This document shows, piece by piece, positions 53,231 to 61,896 of a stretch of 64,000 nucleotides of DNA (the stretch's first letter is position 1; each line of letters begins with the position of its first letter). This DNA comes from Candidatus Dormiibacterota bacterium. Its GTDB lineage: Bacteria; Acidobacteriota; Terriglobia; Acidiferrales; UBA7541. A model generated the notes under the pieces. It was not told the origin of the DNA, ran no database searches, and saw nothing but the letters and a program-made list of their open reading frames with translations. The stretch is taken from the NCBI GenBank assembly GCA_035534495.1, contig DATLRW010000197.1, positions 1,561-65,560 of the forward strand. Direction: 5' to 3'. The translations under genes were made by a program, and so were the position numbers.

Positions 53231-54274
53231 ATGCTATGCCTTCATTGCGGCGCCGGGATGACCACCAATCAAGTCATCACCGAGAAGAACCAGATCACTT
53301 ACAACATGTGCGAAAAATGCGGGAGCCTGTGGCTCGATGCCGGCATGCTCGACAAGATGGCGTTTCAAGTGCAGGGCAGTATCGAGTATTGCGAGCACGG
53401 GGAGAAGGATGAGCCTGAATCTCATCCGAAAAAATGCCCGCGCTGCGACGACTTTACGCTTTCCAGGGTGAAGTTCCTCGAGTCCGACGACATTCATTTG
53501 CACTACTGCCGCAACTGCGGCGGCTTCTGGCTCGACGCCGGTGAACTCGATCGGATCGATCAGAACCTCGCCGCCATCATGCCGGTGACCGGCAAGGGCT
53601 TTTCCGATTTCGTGAACAACGCCCACGTCCCCTACTGGTACAAGCGCATCCGGAAAAGCAGTGAGGAGACCGATTTCCAGGTTGAGGTCGAGCCCATCCT
53701 CGGCTCGAAACGCGTTGCCAGCACGGCGGACCTGTGCCCGTCCTGCGGAAACGCGCTGGCGCTCTACGAACTCCATTCGATGAAATTCGAAGGCTGCCCG
53801 AAATGCAAAGGCATCTGGCTGGCGAAAGACGAATTGCGCACGCTGAAGAACACGGTCGTCGGCGCTTCGCTCCGCTGGCTGAACGACGAAATCGACACCA
53901 TTGAAAAGGCCAGTGTCATTTCCACCCAGCGCCTCTGCGTCCGCTGCAAGACGGTCAACATGGTTGCGGTGATTTTTGGCAAGACGAAGATACTGATCGA
54001 CTGGTGCCCGAAATGTCACGGGCAGTGGCTCGACCACGGCGAATTTCAGGCCATTGTCGGCTACCTGAAAGAGGAAATGTCCACGATGCGGCCAAAGCAG
54101 ATCGAACAGGAAGCCGCCCGCGACCTGGTGCACGCGCTGAAGGGGGATCAGGAAGGCCGGGCGGCGGAACTCCTCGATGCCCAATCCGCGCTGGCCGCCA
54201 TGATCAACGCCGAGATTTTCCAGCACCCGGGTCTGTTCAATCTCTGCATGAGAGCCGCCCACATGGCTCCCTAG
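53231..54274 (+). CDS. Protein made of four tandem zinc-ribbon modules (zf-TFIIB / PF13453-like)
   Basis: 347-aa ORF with four copies of CxxC-x(12-20)-CxxCxGxWLDxxE: CLHC...CEKCGSLWLDAGMLD, CPRC...CRNCGGFWLDAGELD, CPSC...CPKCKGIWLAKDEL and CVRC...CPKCHGQWLDHGEF. Confidence 0.75.
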   Translation: MLCLHCGAGMTTNQVITEKNQITYNMCEKCGSLWLDAGMLDKMAFQVQGSIEYCEHGEKDEPESHPKKCPRCDDFTLSRVKFLESDDIHLHYCRNCGGFWLDAGELDRIDQNLAAIMPVTGKGFSDFVNNAHVPYWYKRIRKSSEETDFQVEVEPILGSKRVASTADLCPSCGNALALYELHSMKFEGCPKCKGIWLAKDELRTLKNTVVGASLRWLNDEIDTIEKASVISTQRLCVRCKTVNMVAVIFGKTKILIDWCPKCHGQWLDHGEFQAIVGYLKEEMSTMRPKQIEQEAARDLVHALKGDQEGRAAELLDAQSALAAMINAEIFQHPGLFNLCMRAAHMAP

Positions 54275-54623
54275 AAGCCGGCTCCCACCCCCGGTTCCGT
54301 GTGCGGAGCTTCGGAGTCTGCCGGAGAGCCTCGCTGTTCTACGTCAGGGCGGGGCTTCAGCCGTTTCGCCAGGTTCGCATAAGCAACGCGGCTTTAACCC
54401 CTGCGGATTGAGGGATTCCAGCCCCTGAAGCAGCCCCGCCCGGGTATTGAAATACGGGCCTGTAGTGCTCTGTTCCTTCCCGGTCATTTATTTTGCCCTG
54501 GTTCTAGAACGGCAAGGGCGATTGTTAGGACCCTCGGCATGAAACGGTGATAGCCGCCCGGCCGGGTTTTGGTGGAAAATAGAAGGGTTGGGCTACGCGA
54601 GGCAATTGGCAAGAGGAGGTTCT

Positions 54624-55934
54624 ATGAAGCTTCCGGCGCGGAACATGCTGCGACTGTTGGAATTTGGCTTGGCCGCCGGGGCGCTGGCCATTGTTTCTCT
54701 GACCATTGCTCCGGCCCAGTGTCAGGCCCAGTCGACGAACTGGGGTTGGTACACTCCCCCCACGCCGGCGAAGAAGCCGGCCTCGCAACCCGCGAAAAAG
54801 CCCGCCGCGAACACTGCTTCCACAGGCTCGGCGACAGGGCCCGCGACACAAACGGTTAGCTCGGGCGGGGATGTTTCGGGAAATCGGCCGCCCGTCACGG
54901 TCACGACTTCCTCCTCCGGCGGGAGTGGAGGCGGGGTGCAGGCGACAAAGATTTCCGTGCCCGGCGCCAACGGCGGCGCACGAACCCTCGTCGACCAGGA
55001 AACGGAAACGATCCAGATCAATGCCAACACGACGCGCAAGATTACGAAGATTTACGGCCAGAACCCGGATGGGAACCGCGAACTGATCGGCGTCAACCAG
55101 ACCGATACCACCGATCTGGGCAATGGCAAGTCCAAGTCCGTCACACGGCAGTCACATCTGGACGTTAACGGCCAGATGGACGTCACGCGCCAGTTGGAAA
55201 GCGAGACGGTTCCCAGCGGACCGGATTCGACCACCACGAACGTCACCGTTTTCACGCCGGGCATGAATGGCGGGATGTCCCCATCGCAAAAAATTCACGA
55301 AGTGCAGCATACGGGCGACACGGCCCAGCAGACCACCAGCACGCTGATGACGCCGAACGGCAATGGCGGCTGGGCGACGAAGCAGAAAACCCAAACCGTC
55401 GTCCAAAAGGAAGGCCAGGGCCGGCAAACCACGGACAAAAAGGTCTACACCATCGACGGCAACGGCAATCTCACCGTTGCGCAGCAGGTGGTGACGCGGG
55501 ACTGGAAGGATAAGGGCGGCCAGGATCACAAGGAAGTGAGCACCTACGTCATGACGCCGGGCGGAACGATCACGTCGAAGGGCGGGGGATTGTCCCTGGT
55601 CCAGCGCGTTTCGACCGTCAAGACCACCCAGCCGAACGGAACGATCGAGACAAGGCAGCAATTTAAGCAGGTTTCGCCGGTTTCGATGGCCCAAGGATTG
55701 AAAGTGACCGGCGAGGTCATCGATGTGGCGACTCCCACCAAGTCGGGCAAAATGAAAACTCAGCGGACCGTGCTGACCGACAACGGCAACGGGCAACTGC
55801 AGCAATTTTCCGTGTTCGGCGGCGAGGCGCCCATGCCGCAAACGCAGACGGAAAAGAAGGGTTCCGCAAAACCAGGCGCCACAAAAGAGACCAAGCCGGC
55901 GGCCAAGGCTGCCAAGCCGACACCGAAATCGTAA
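54624..55934 (+). CDS. Secreted Thr/Gln/Asn/Gly-rich repeat protein with Pro/Ala/Lys-rich termini
   Basis: Start at ATG 54624 with a GAGGAGG SD. Signal peptide LEFGLAAGALAIVSLTIAPAQCQA, PAKKPASQPAKKPA near the N-terminus, a recurring x-(D/P)-N/D-G-N-G-x-L/W-x3-Q motif and a C-terminal KPAAKAAKPTPKS. Confidence 0.7.
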   Translation: MKLPARNMLRLLEFGLAAGALAIVSLTIAPAQCQAQSTNWGWYTPPTPAKKPASQPAKKPAANTASTGSATGPATQTVSSGGDVSGNRPPVTVTTSSSGGSGGGVQATKISVPGANGGARTLVDQETETIQINANTTRKITKIYGQNPDGNRELIGVNQTDTTDLGNGKSKSVTRQSHLDVNGQMDVTRQLESETVPSGPDSTTTNVTVFTPGMNGGMSPSQKIHEVQHTGDTAQQTTSTLMTPNGNGGWATKQKTQTVVQKEGQGRQTTDKKVYTIDGNGNLTVAQQVVTRDWKDKGGQDHKEVSTYVMTPGGTITSKGGGLSLVQRVSTVKTTQPNGTIETRQQFKQVSPVSMAQGLKVTGEVIDVATPTKSGKMKTQRTVLTDNGNGQLQQFSVFGGEAPMPQTQTEKKGSAKPGATKETKPAAKAAKPTPKS

Positions 55935-55961
55935 GGACAAACGGGGTCAGTCGCGCGACCA

Positions 55962-56795
55962 ATGCAGTGTCCTCAATGTGGCACCAATAATGCCGAGCCC
56001 GCCGCAGCCTGCGTTTCCTGCGGGCGGCCCCTCCCGGCGTATCGCCGGCCGGAGACGGCGGTTGTCACGGACGAGCCGGGCGAGGACGGGCGGGACTCTT
56101 TGGCGCCGGCGCCACCGGGCGGCCCGGAAAGCGCGCGCATCGCGCGGCTGGTTCGCGAGGCGGCGCAGGGAAATCCGCATCCCGCGCGAACGCTTCCCGC
56201 CGGCCGGGATCGGGAAGAAGACGATATCCTGCGCGATTTCCTGGCCCTCCTTTTCGATATCAACCGCAAGGTGAACGAGCAGTCTAAAGAGACCGATAAG
56301 GAGGCCCTGGCCGCGCTGTATACGGCCAGGTCGTTCCTTTCCCCCGAGACGATGGGGCGGGCGACGCGCGCGGTGCGCGAGCTGTTCCAGATCAATCGGC
56401 GCGTTGCGGCGGAAATGCGAATAGCCCTCGACGGCGTGAAAGGGCGAATCGAAGGGGCCCAATGGAGCGAGGGGGAAAAGACCCTTTTCTGGCGCGAGTT
56501 CCGGCAGGGCTTTGCAGCCCAATTCCGGCTACGTTCCGAGCTCTTCGAAACGCAGGAGATGTGGGCCAGGGCCACGAGCGAGGTGTATGAGTTCGCGCTG
56601 TGCCACAGCGACGAACTCCGCTTCGAGGGCAAGACGGTGCGCGCCAGCAGCCGGGAGGTTGGCCGGCAGTTCGTCGGGAAACTCAAGCATGCCAAGCATT
56701 GCCGCGAGGAATTTCGCGCCGCCGCCGCTCGTCTTCACGAGGAACAGGTCACGCTGATGATCCAGCGGGGCGTCGCCGCTCCCCCGGCTTCCTAG
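55962..56795 (+). CDS. Hypothetical protein: N-terminal zinc ribbon, acidic/Pro-rich linker and helical C-terminal domain
   Basis: 277-aa ORF starting MQCPQCGTNNAEPAAACVSCGRPL (CxxC-x10-CxxC). The remainder looks helical (LRDFLALLFDINRKVNEQSKE...). No recognisable family. Confidence 0.6.
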   Translation: MQCPQCGTNNAEPAAACVSCGRPLPAYRRPETAVVTDEPGEDGRDSLAPAPPGGPESARIARLVREAAQGNPHPARTLPAGRDREEDDILRDFLALLFDINRKVNEQSKETDKEALAALYTARSFLSPETMGRATRAVRELFQINRRVAAEMRIALDGVKGRIEGAQWSEGEKTLFWREFRQGFAAQFRLRSELFETQEMWARATSEVYEFALCHSDELRFEGKTVRASSREVGRQFVGKLKHAKHCREEFRAAAARLHEEQVTLMIQRGVAAPPAS

Positions 56796-56910
56796 ATATT
56801 TTTTCTCCGGGAAGAAAATCCACGTACAAGCAGTCACAAGAATGCCTGCCGGTGTACCTGCGGGAATGCCGCGGAAATGGGGTGCCAGCCTTCGGGCCGG
56901 CAGGAGATGG

Positions 56911-58395
56911 CTACTCGCTCTGGCAGGCCATGCGCGTCAGGGTCTGGAAGTGGTAGCCCATGACGGCCAGTGTCATCGCCGTATCGAACGACTGACGGTA
57001 ATGCATGGCCGCGTCGAGCACGAATTTCCAATAGGCGGCCCGGTCTCGGCCCAGAACCCCCTGCTTCACGATGGAGCGAGCGAAGCCCATGTAATCGGAG
57101 GCGGTGCGCGGCTGGTGGTAAGCGGGCTGGTAATCGGCCAGGAACCGGCGCGCGCGCTGATAGTAGGCCTCGGCGCTGTAGATGCGCTCGAGAATCGAGC
57201 GGTAGCCCTGGATCAGGCGGTCGGCGTTCATTTTCGGGATGAAGTTGAGCCGGAGATCCATGTTGTCGCCGGTGCCGTCGTTCAGAATCCGCCCTTCCTT
57301 CATCAATCGCTGGTAGAGCTGGGTTCCCCGCACGGCTTGCAGCAGGCCGACCATGGCGAGCGGGATGGCGCTTTCCTCGATAAATTCGACCTGTTTGTCG
57401 AAGACGTCATCGGGATCGTTGTCGAAGCCGACGATGAACCCGGCCATCACTTCCATGCCATAGTTCTGGATGCGCCGCACGCTTTCGACCAGGCTGCGGC
57501 GCGTGTTCTGCATCTTTTGCGCTTCCTTCAAGCTCGATTCGACCGGCGTTTCGATGCCCAGGAAAACCCGCGTGAACCCGGCGTCCTTCATCATCTGGAG
57601 CAGCTGCTTGTCGTCGGCCAGGTTGACCGAAGCCTCGGTCAGGAACGTGAAGGGATGGCCGTGACGGGCGTTCCAATCGGCGATGGCGGGAAGCAGCTCC
57701 TTCACCTTGCGCTTGTTGCCGATGAAATTGTCGTCGACGATGAAAACCGACCCGTGCCATTTGGCGTCGTAGACCACGTCCAGTTCCGCCAGGACCTGGG
57801 CCGGGCTCTTGGTGCGCGGAACGCGGCCGTAGATTTCGATGATGTCGCAGAATTCGCAGTTGAACGGGCAGCCACGCGAATACTGAATGGCCATCCCGCT
57901 GTAATACTTCGGGCTGATCAGGCCGACCTCGGGCAGGGGAGTCTTTTCCATGGAGGGAAGGGCGTGCGCGCGATAGACCGGTTTGGCCTGGCCCGCTTCG
58001 ATATCCGCCACGAGCGTCGGGATGATTTCCTCGGCTTCGCCAATCACGATGTGATCGGTGTAACGGCCCAATTCGTCGACGCTGCTGGTGATCGGTCCGC
58101 CGACCACGGTCTTCACGCCGCGCCGGCGGCAACGCTCCAGAATTTCGAGCATCGGCTTCTTCTGCACGAGCATTCCGCTCACGAGCACGATGTCAGCCCA
58201 GGCGATGTCGGCGTCGGTCAGCGGGCGAACGTTGGTATCGACCAGCCGCTTCTGCCAGTGTTTCGGCAAAAGGGGCGCGATGGTTATCAGGCCGAGCGGC
58301 GGATAGGCGGACCGCTTGCCCACGAAGGGAAGGGCGTGCTTGAAGCTCCAATAGGTGTCTGGCCACTCGGGATAAACTAAGAGAGCTTTTGTCAT
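56911..58395 (-). CDS. B12-binding-domain radical SAM protein (class B rSAM, DUF4070-type C-terminus)
   Basis: Start at ATG 58395 (MTKALLVYPEWPD) inside track ORF 56911..58548. An N-terminal B12-binding-like Rossmann segment (ADIVLVSGM...VVGGP), then the rSAM cluster motif SRGCPFNCEFCDI and a long helical C-terminal region. Confidence 0.88.
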   Translation of the reverse strand: MTKALLVYPEWPDTYWSFKHALPFVGKRSAYPPLGLITIAPLLPKHWQKRLVDTNVRPLTDADIAWADIVLVSGMLVQKKPMLEILERCRRRGVKTVVGGPITSSVDELGRYTDHIVIGEAEEIIPTLVADIEAGQAKPVYRAHALPSMEKTPLPEVGLISPKYYSGMAIQYSRGCPFNCEFCDIIEIYGRVPRTKSPAQVLAELDVVYDAKWHGSVFIVDDNFIGNKRKVKELLPAIADWNARHGHPFTFLTEASVNLADDKQLLQMMKDAGFTRVFLGIETPVESSLKEAQKMQNTRRSLVESVRRIQNYGMEVMAGFIVGFDNDPDDVFDKQVEFIEESAIPLAMVGLLQAVRGTQLYQRLMKEGRILNDGTGDNMDLRLNFIPKMNADRLIQGYRSILERIYSAEAYYQRARRFLADYQPAYHQPRTASDYMGFARSIVKQGVLGRDRAAYWKFVLDAAMHYRQSFDTAMTLAVMGYHFQTLTRMACQSE

Positions 58396-58598
58396 GATCA
58401 GCTTTCTTTCAAATTGACCCAAGCACCTCCAGACTAGTGCGAACCGAAGCGGCTTGCAAGAGGAAATACCCCAATGGCGACGGGAAGTGGCCGGGAAGGG
58501 AATGGCGGGGGGCGGGGGTGGCGATGCCCCGGCCGGGCGAACCGGCAACGGGTTGAAAAACGGAGGGGTTCCCGGGACGATTCAAGTCGTTGACTCCG

Positions 58599-58665
58599 GG
58601 CTCCTTCGGGCATTAGCATGGTCCCCGTTTTCGCGATCCAGTTCTGGAATTCGCCCGAAGGGGCC
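58599..58665 (+). promoter_or_regulatory. Candidate 5'-leader stem that would occlude the ribosome-binding site of the Mo-enzyme operon
   Basis: 58599-58611 (GGCTCCTTCGGGC) pairs with 58653-58665 (GCCCGAAGGGGCC): 13 bp including one G-U, with a 41-nt loop. The 3' arm contains GAAGGGG and ends 6 nt before ATG 58672. Confidence 0.35.
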
Positions 58666-58671
58666 GTGCCC

Positions 58672-59322
58672 ATGTCAGACAATCCAGGATCACCGGCAAA
58701 ATCCAAGGGATTAACGCGACGGGAAGTGATCAAGGCCGCGGTCGCCGTCGGCGGGGTGTCCGCATCGGCCTATCTGTTCCGGGGCTACATTTTTGGCAAC
58801 CAGGTTCGGCGCGCCTTCGGGTCGGCCCCCGGCTCCATGGGGCGGTTGATTACGCTGAACGTGAACGGACGCCGCCGCCATGTCGACGTCATGCCGCAAG
58901 AGACGCTGGCCATGACGTTGCGATACAAGCTCGGCCTCACGGGCACCAAGCTCGGCTGCGACCGCGCCGAGTGCGGCTCCTGTACCGTGCTTCTCGACGA
59001 TGTGCCCCACTACTCCTGCTCCGTGCTCACGCAGACCGTCCGCAACCGGAAAATCCTGACGATCGAAGGCCTGGCGGGACCGGATGGAACGCTTCATCCT
59101 GTGCAGCAGGGAATCGTCGAGCAACAGGGCTTTCAGTGCGCCTTCTGCATGTCGGGCTTTATCATGGCTGCCATTGGATTCCTCAAGGTCAACCCGAACC
59201 CGACCCGCGAGGAACTGGCGCGGGGAGTTTCCGGCAACCTTTGCCGGTGTACCGATTACCACAAGATTCTGGACGCGCTGATGCGTGGCGCAGAGCTTTC
59301 GCGGGGAGCGAGCCATGCCTGA
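58672..59322 (+). CDS. TAT-exported [2Fe-2S] small subunit of a xanthine-dehydrogenase-family molybdoenzyme (PaoA-like)
   Basis: Twin-arginine signal GLTRREVIKAAVAVGG, plant-type CDRAECGSCTV and second-cluster QCAFCMSG...CRCTDY motifs. Start is ATG 58672 (GAAGGGG SD) or upstream ATG 58618. Confidence 0.85.
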   Translation: MSDNPGSPAKSKGLTRREVIKAAVAVGGVSASAYLFRGYIFGNQVRRAFGSAPGSMGRLITLNVNGRRRHVDVMPQETLAMTLRYKLGLTGTKLGCDRAECGSCTVLLDDVPHYSCSVLTQTVRNRKILTIEGLAGPDGTLHPVQQGIVEQQGFQCAFCMSGFIMAAIGFLKVNPNPTREELARGVSGNLCRCTDYHKILDALMRGAELSRGASHA

Positions 59323-61873
59323 TTCCAAGCAGGAAGGAACCGCGGCGCAGGTGCCGCTGGTCACCGCCGATACTCCTGCGGACAAATCGAAGCTGGTCGG
59401 CCAGAACTACGTGACGCCCGACCTCTTCGCGAAGGTCACGGGGCAAGCGAAATACGCCGAGGATTTTCGCGCCGAGGGCATGCTTTTCGCCAAACTCCTG
59501 CTCAGCCCCTATCCGCACGCCCGGATTCTGGAAATTGACGCGTCCCAGGCCCTGGCCATGCCCGGTGTCAGGGCTGTGCTCACGATGAAGGACCTTCCCC
59601 CGCCGGCCGATTACATGACCGACCTTGGCGTCCTGATCAAGGCCAATCCCCTTGGTGAGCGGGGTCTCGCCATGGAGCCGCTTTACCAGGGCGAGCCGAT
59701 TGCCGCCGTGGCCGCCGTCGACGAGCTCACGGCCGCCGACGCGGTCGAGAAGATTCGCGTGACCTACGAGCCCCTGCCCTTCGTGATCGATCCGCTCGCC
59801 AGCTTGCGGCCGGGCGGCCCGAATGCGCGCGTCGAAGGCAATGTGTGGGGGGTCCTGGGTCCGGAAGCCCCGGTCGGAGCCAAGCGCACCACCCCCGTGC
59901 CGGAGGTTCGGGAAATCAAATGGACCGAGGAGGATTTCCGGGGCTACGACGAGGGCAAGATGCCCACGGGCACGCCGACCGGAGAGTGGTCTTACGGCGA
60001 TGTCGAAGGCGGCTTCAAGAATGCCGCCCTCGTTCTGGACGAATCGTTCCAAACGCCCAACACCAGCCATGAGTGCCTGGAAACGCGCACCTCCATGGCC
60101 TATTGGCAGGGCGGAAAGCTGCACCTCTTCGGGAGCACGCAGAGCACCTCGCAGACCGTCCCGGCCATCGCCCGCTGGATGAACATGAAGCCCGAGGACG
60201 TCGTTCTTGTCAGCGAATATACGGGCGGTGGGTACGGCAGCAAGGTGACCTCCTCGGTTCATCTGATCATTCCCGCCATGCTTTCGAAAAAGTGCCATGC
60301 GCCGGTGATGATGCGCATCACGCGCGAGGACGAGAACTACATCGGCCGCGCCCGGCCCAGCCTGACCGGGCGCATGAAAGCCGGTTTCGGCCCGGACGGC
60401 CGCCTCCTCGCTCTCGATATGTTCGTCGTGGCCGACAACGGGCCCTATGACGAGGTGCATGACACCTATATATCGGGTCAGATCGTATCGTTGCTCTATC
60501 AGCCGGTGGCCATGCGCTGGCGCGGGATCTCCGTCCTGACCAATACGCCGCCGCGTTCGCCGCAAAGCTCGCCCGGCGGTTTGCAGGGCATCACGCTGAT
60601 GGAGCCGGTCCTGGCCAAAGCGGCCCGCCGGCTGAAAATCGATCTGCTCGCCATCCACAGAATCAACGCGCCCGAGGGCAAGGCCCCGCTGGGGCCCGCC
60701 GTCGACGGTAAACGGGCCCACGCCACCGGTTGCTTCATGAAGGAGGCGCTCGACCAGGGCGCCCGGCGGTTCCAGTGGGAGGAGCGGCGCAAGGCCAACA
60801 GCGGCAAGCGGAACGGCTCGAAGATCCGCGGCGTCGGGGTGTCCAGCAGCTCGTTCAAAAGCGGTTCGAAAGGGTTCGACGGGCTGTTCGTGATCCAACC
60901 CGACGGCAAGATGTACGTCCAGTCCGGCATCGGCAATCTGGGCACGGAAGATTTCAGCGACGTTCACCGCGTCGCCGCCGAAATGGTCGGGATGCCCTGG
61001 GAGAAAGTAGTGGTCACCTGGGGCGACACGAGCAAGCACCTGCCCTGGACCTGCATTTCCGGGGGCAGCCAGACTGCCCATGCCATGACTCGCGCCGCCT
61101 ACGCCGCCGCCATGGATGCCATCGGGAAATTGCAGCAAATCGCCGCGAAGGACCACGGCGGCCGCCCGGAAAATTACGAGGTCCGCAACGAGCGCGTCTA
61201 TCGCCAGGGCGGCGGCCCGGTCATGACGTTGGCTCACGCCGCCCAAAGGGCGATTGCCTTGGGCGGCGTTTACGACGGCCACGAATTGCCCAAGGATATC
61301 AATCCCATGACGGTCCGGTCGGCGAAAGCCCTCGCCGGTCGGGGCCTGATGGGCGTTGCCCGCGACAATTACCGGCAGGACGGCACCGTGTTTTCGTTCG
61401 TCGCCTCGTTTGCCGAGGTCGAGATCGACGTCGAAACGGGAACCTACAAAATCGTCGATTTTCTGGCCGTGGCCGATGCGGGCCGGGTGATTCATCCGGC
61501 CGCGATTGGCGGCCAGATCCTCGGCCGGTCCATGCTGGGTATCGGTCACGCGATTGGCCAGAAGTGGGTCTTCGACCAGCATCTTGGCCTTCCGGTGGCC
61601 CGGCGCTTTTACCAGACCAAGCCGCCGACGATCCTGGATGCCCCGGCCCGCATGGATTGGGCGGCGCTGAATATCCCCGACCCGGAGGGTCCGGTCGGCG
61701 CGAAGGGAATCGGAGAGCCGCCCGTGCCCGGAGGCTGCTGCGCCATATTGAACGCCATATCGGACGCCCTGGGAGACGACATTTTCCGACGCGCGCCGGT
61801 CACGCTGGACATGATCCTGACCTCGCTCGAAAACGGCCACCCGGTCATCAGTGGGCTTGCGGCTGATATTTAG
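59315..61873 (+). CDS. Molybdopterin-binding large subunit of a xanthine-dehydrogenase-family enzyme (PaoC-like)
   Basis: Start at ATG 59315 (MPDSKQEG), overlapping the upstream stop by 8 nt. An a/b-hammerhead N-terminus (VTGQAKYAEDF, HARILEID, PGVRAV) and the C-terminal catalytic-Glu motif GAKGIGEPPV. Confidence 0.9.
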   Translation: MPDSKQEGTAAQVPLVTADTPADKSKLVGQNYVTPDLFAKVTGQAKYAEDFRAEGMLFAKLLLSPYPHARILEIDASQALAMPGVRAVLTMKDLPPPADYMTDLGVLIKANPLGERGLAMEPLYQGEPIAAVAAVDELTAADAVEKIRVTYEPLPFVIDPLASLRPGGPNARVEGNVWGVLGPEAPVGAKRTTPVPEVREIKWTEEDFRGYDEGKMPTGTPTGEWSYGDVEGGFKNAALVLDESFQTPNTSHECLETRTSMAYWQGGKLHLFGSTQSTSQTVPAIARWMNMKPEDVVLVSEYTGGGYGSKVTSSVHLIIPAMLSKKCHAPVMMRITREDENYIGRARPSLTGRMKAGFGPDGRLLALDMFVVADNGPYDEVHDTYISGQIVSLLYQPVAMRWRGISVLTNTPPRSPQSSPGGLQGITLMEPVLAKAARRLKIDLLAIHRINAPEGKAPLGPAVDGKRAHATGCFMKEALDQGARRFQWEERRKANSGKRNGSKIRGVGVSSSSFKSGSKGFDGLFVIQPDGKMYVQSGIGNLGTEDFSDVHRVAAEMVGMPWEKVVVTWGDTSKHLPWTCISGGSQTAHAMTRAAYAAAMDAIGKLQQIAAKDHGGRPENYEVRNERVYRQGGGPVMTLAHAAQRAIALGGVYDGHELPKDINPMTVRSAKALAGRGLMGVARDNYRQDGTVFSFVASFAEVEIDVETGTYKIVDFLAVADAGRVIHPAAIGGQILGRSMLGIGHAIGQKWVFDQHLGLPVARRFYQTKPPTILDAPARMDWAALNIPDPEGPVGAKGIGEPPVPGGCCAILNAISDALGDDIFRRAPVTLDMILTSLENGHPVISGLAADI

Positions 61874-61896
61874 CCGCAAAGGGAGAACGAAAGAAC

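Noticed and set aside
54501-54510. A 10-bp perfect palindrome GTTCTAGAAC lies in the 350-nt intergenic region upstream of the secreted repeat protein gene.
   Set aside because: Dozens of 10-bp palindromes are expected by chance in 64 kb. The outer arms do not extend it symmetrically, and nothing links it to a known operator.
58396-58598. A cobalamin or Moco riboswitch might lie in the region between the B12-rSAM gene and the Mo-enzyme operon.
   Set aside because: I could not find a B12-box-like sequence or any conserved riboswitch core I can recall with confidence. Only the generic stem at 58599-58665 is reported. An Rfam scan is needed before making a claim.
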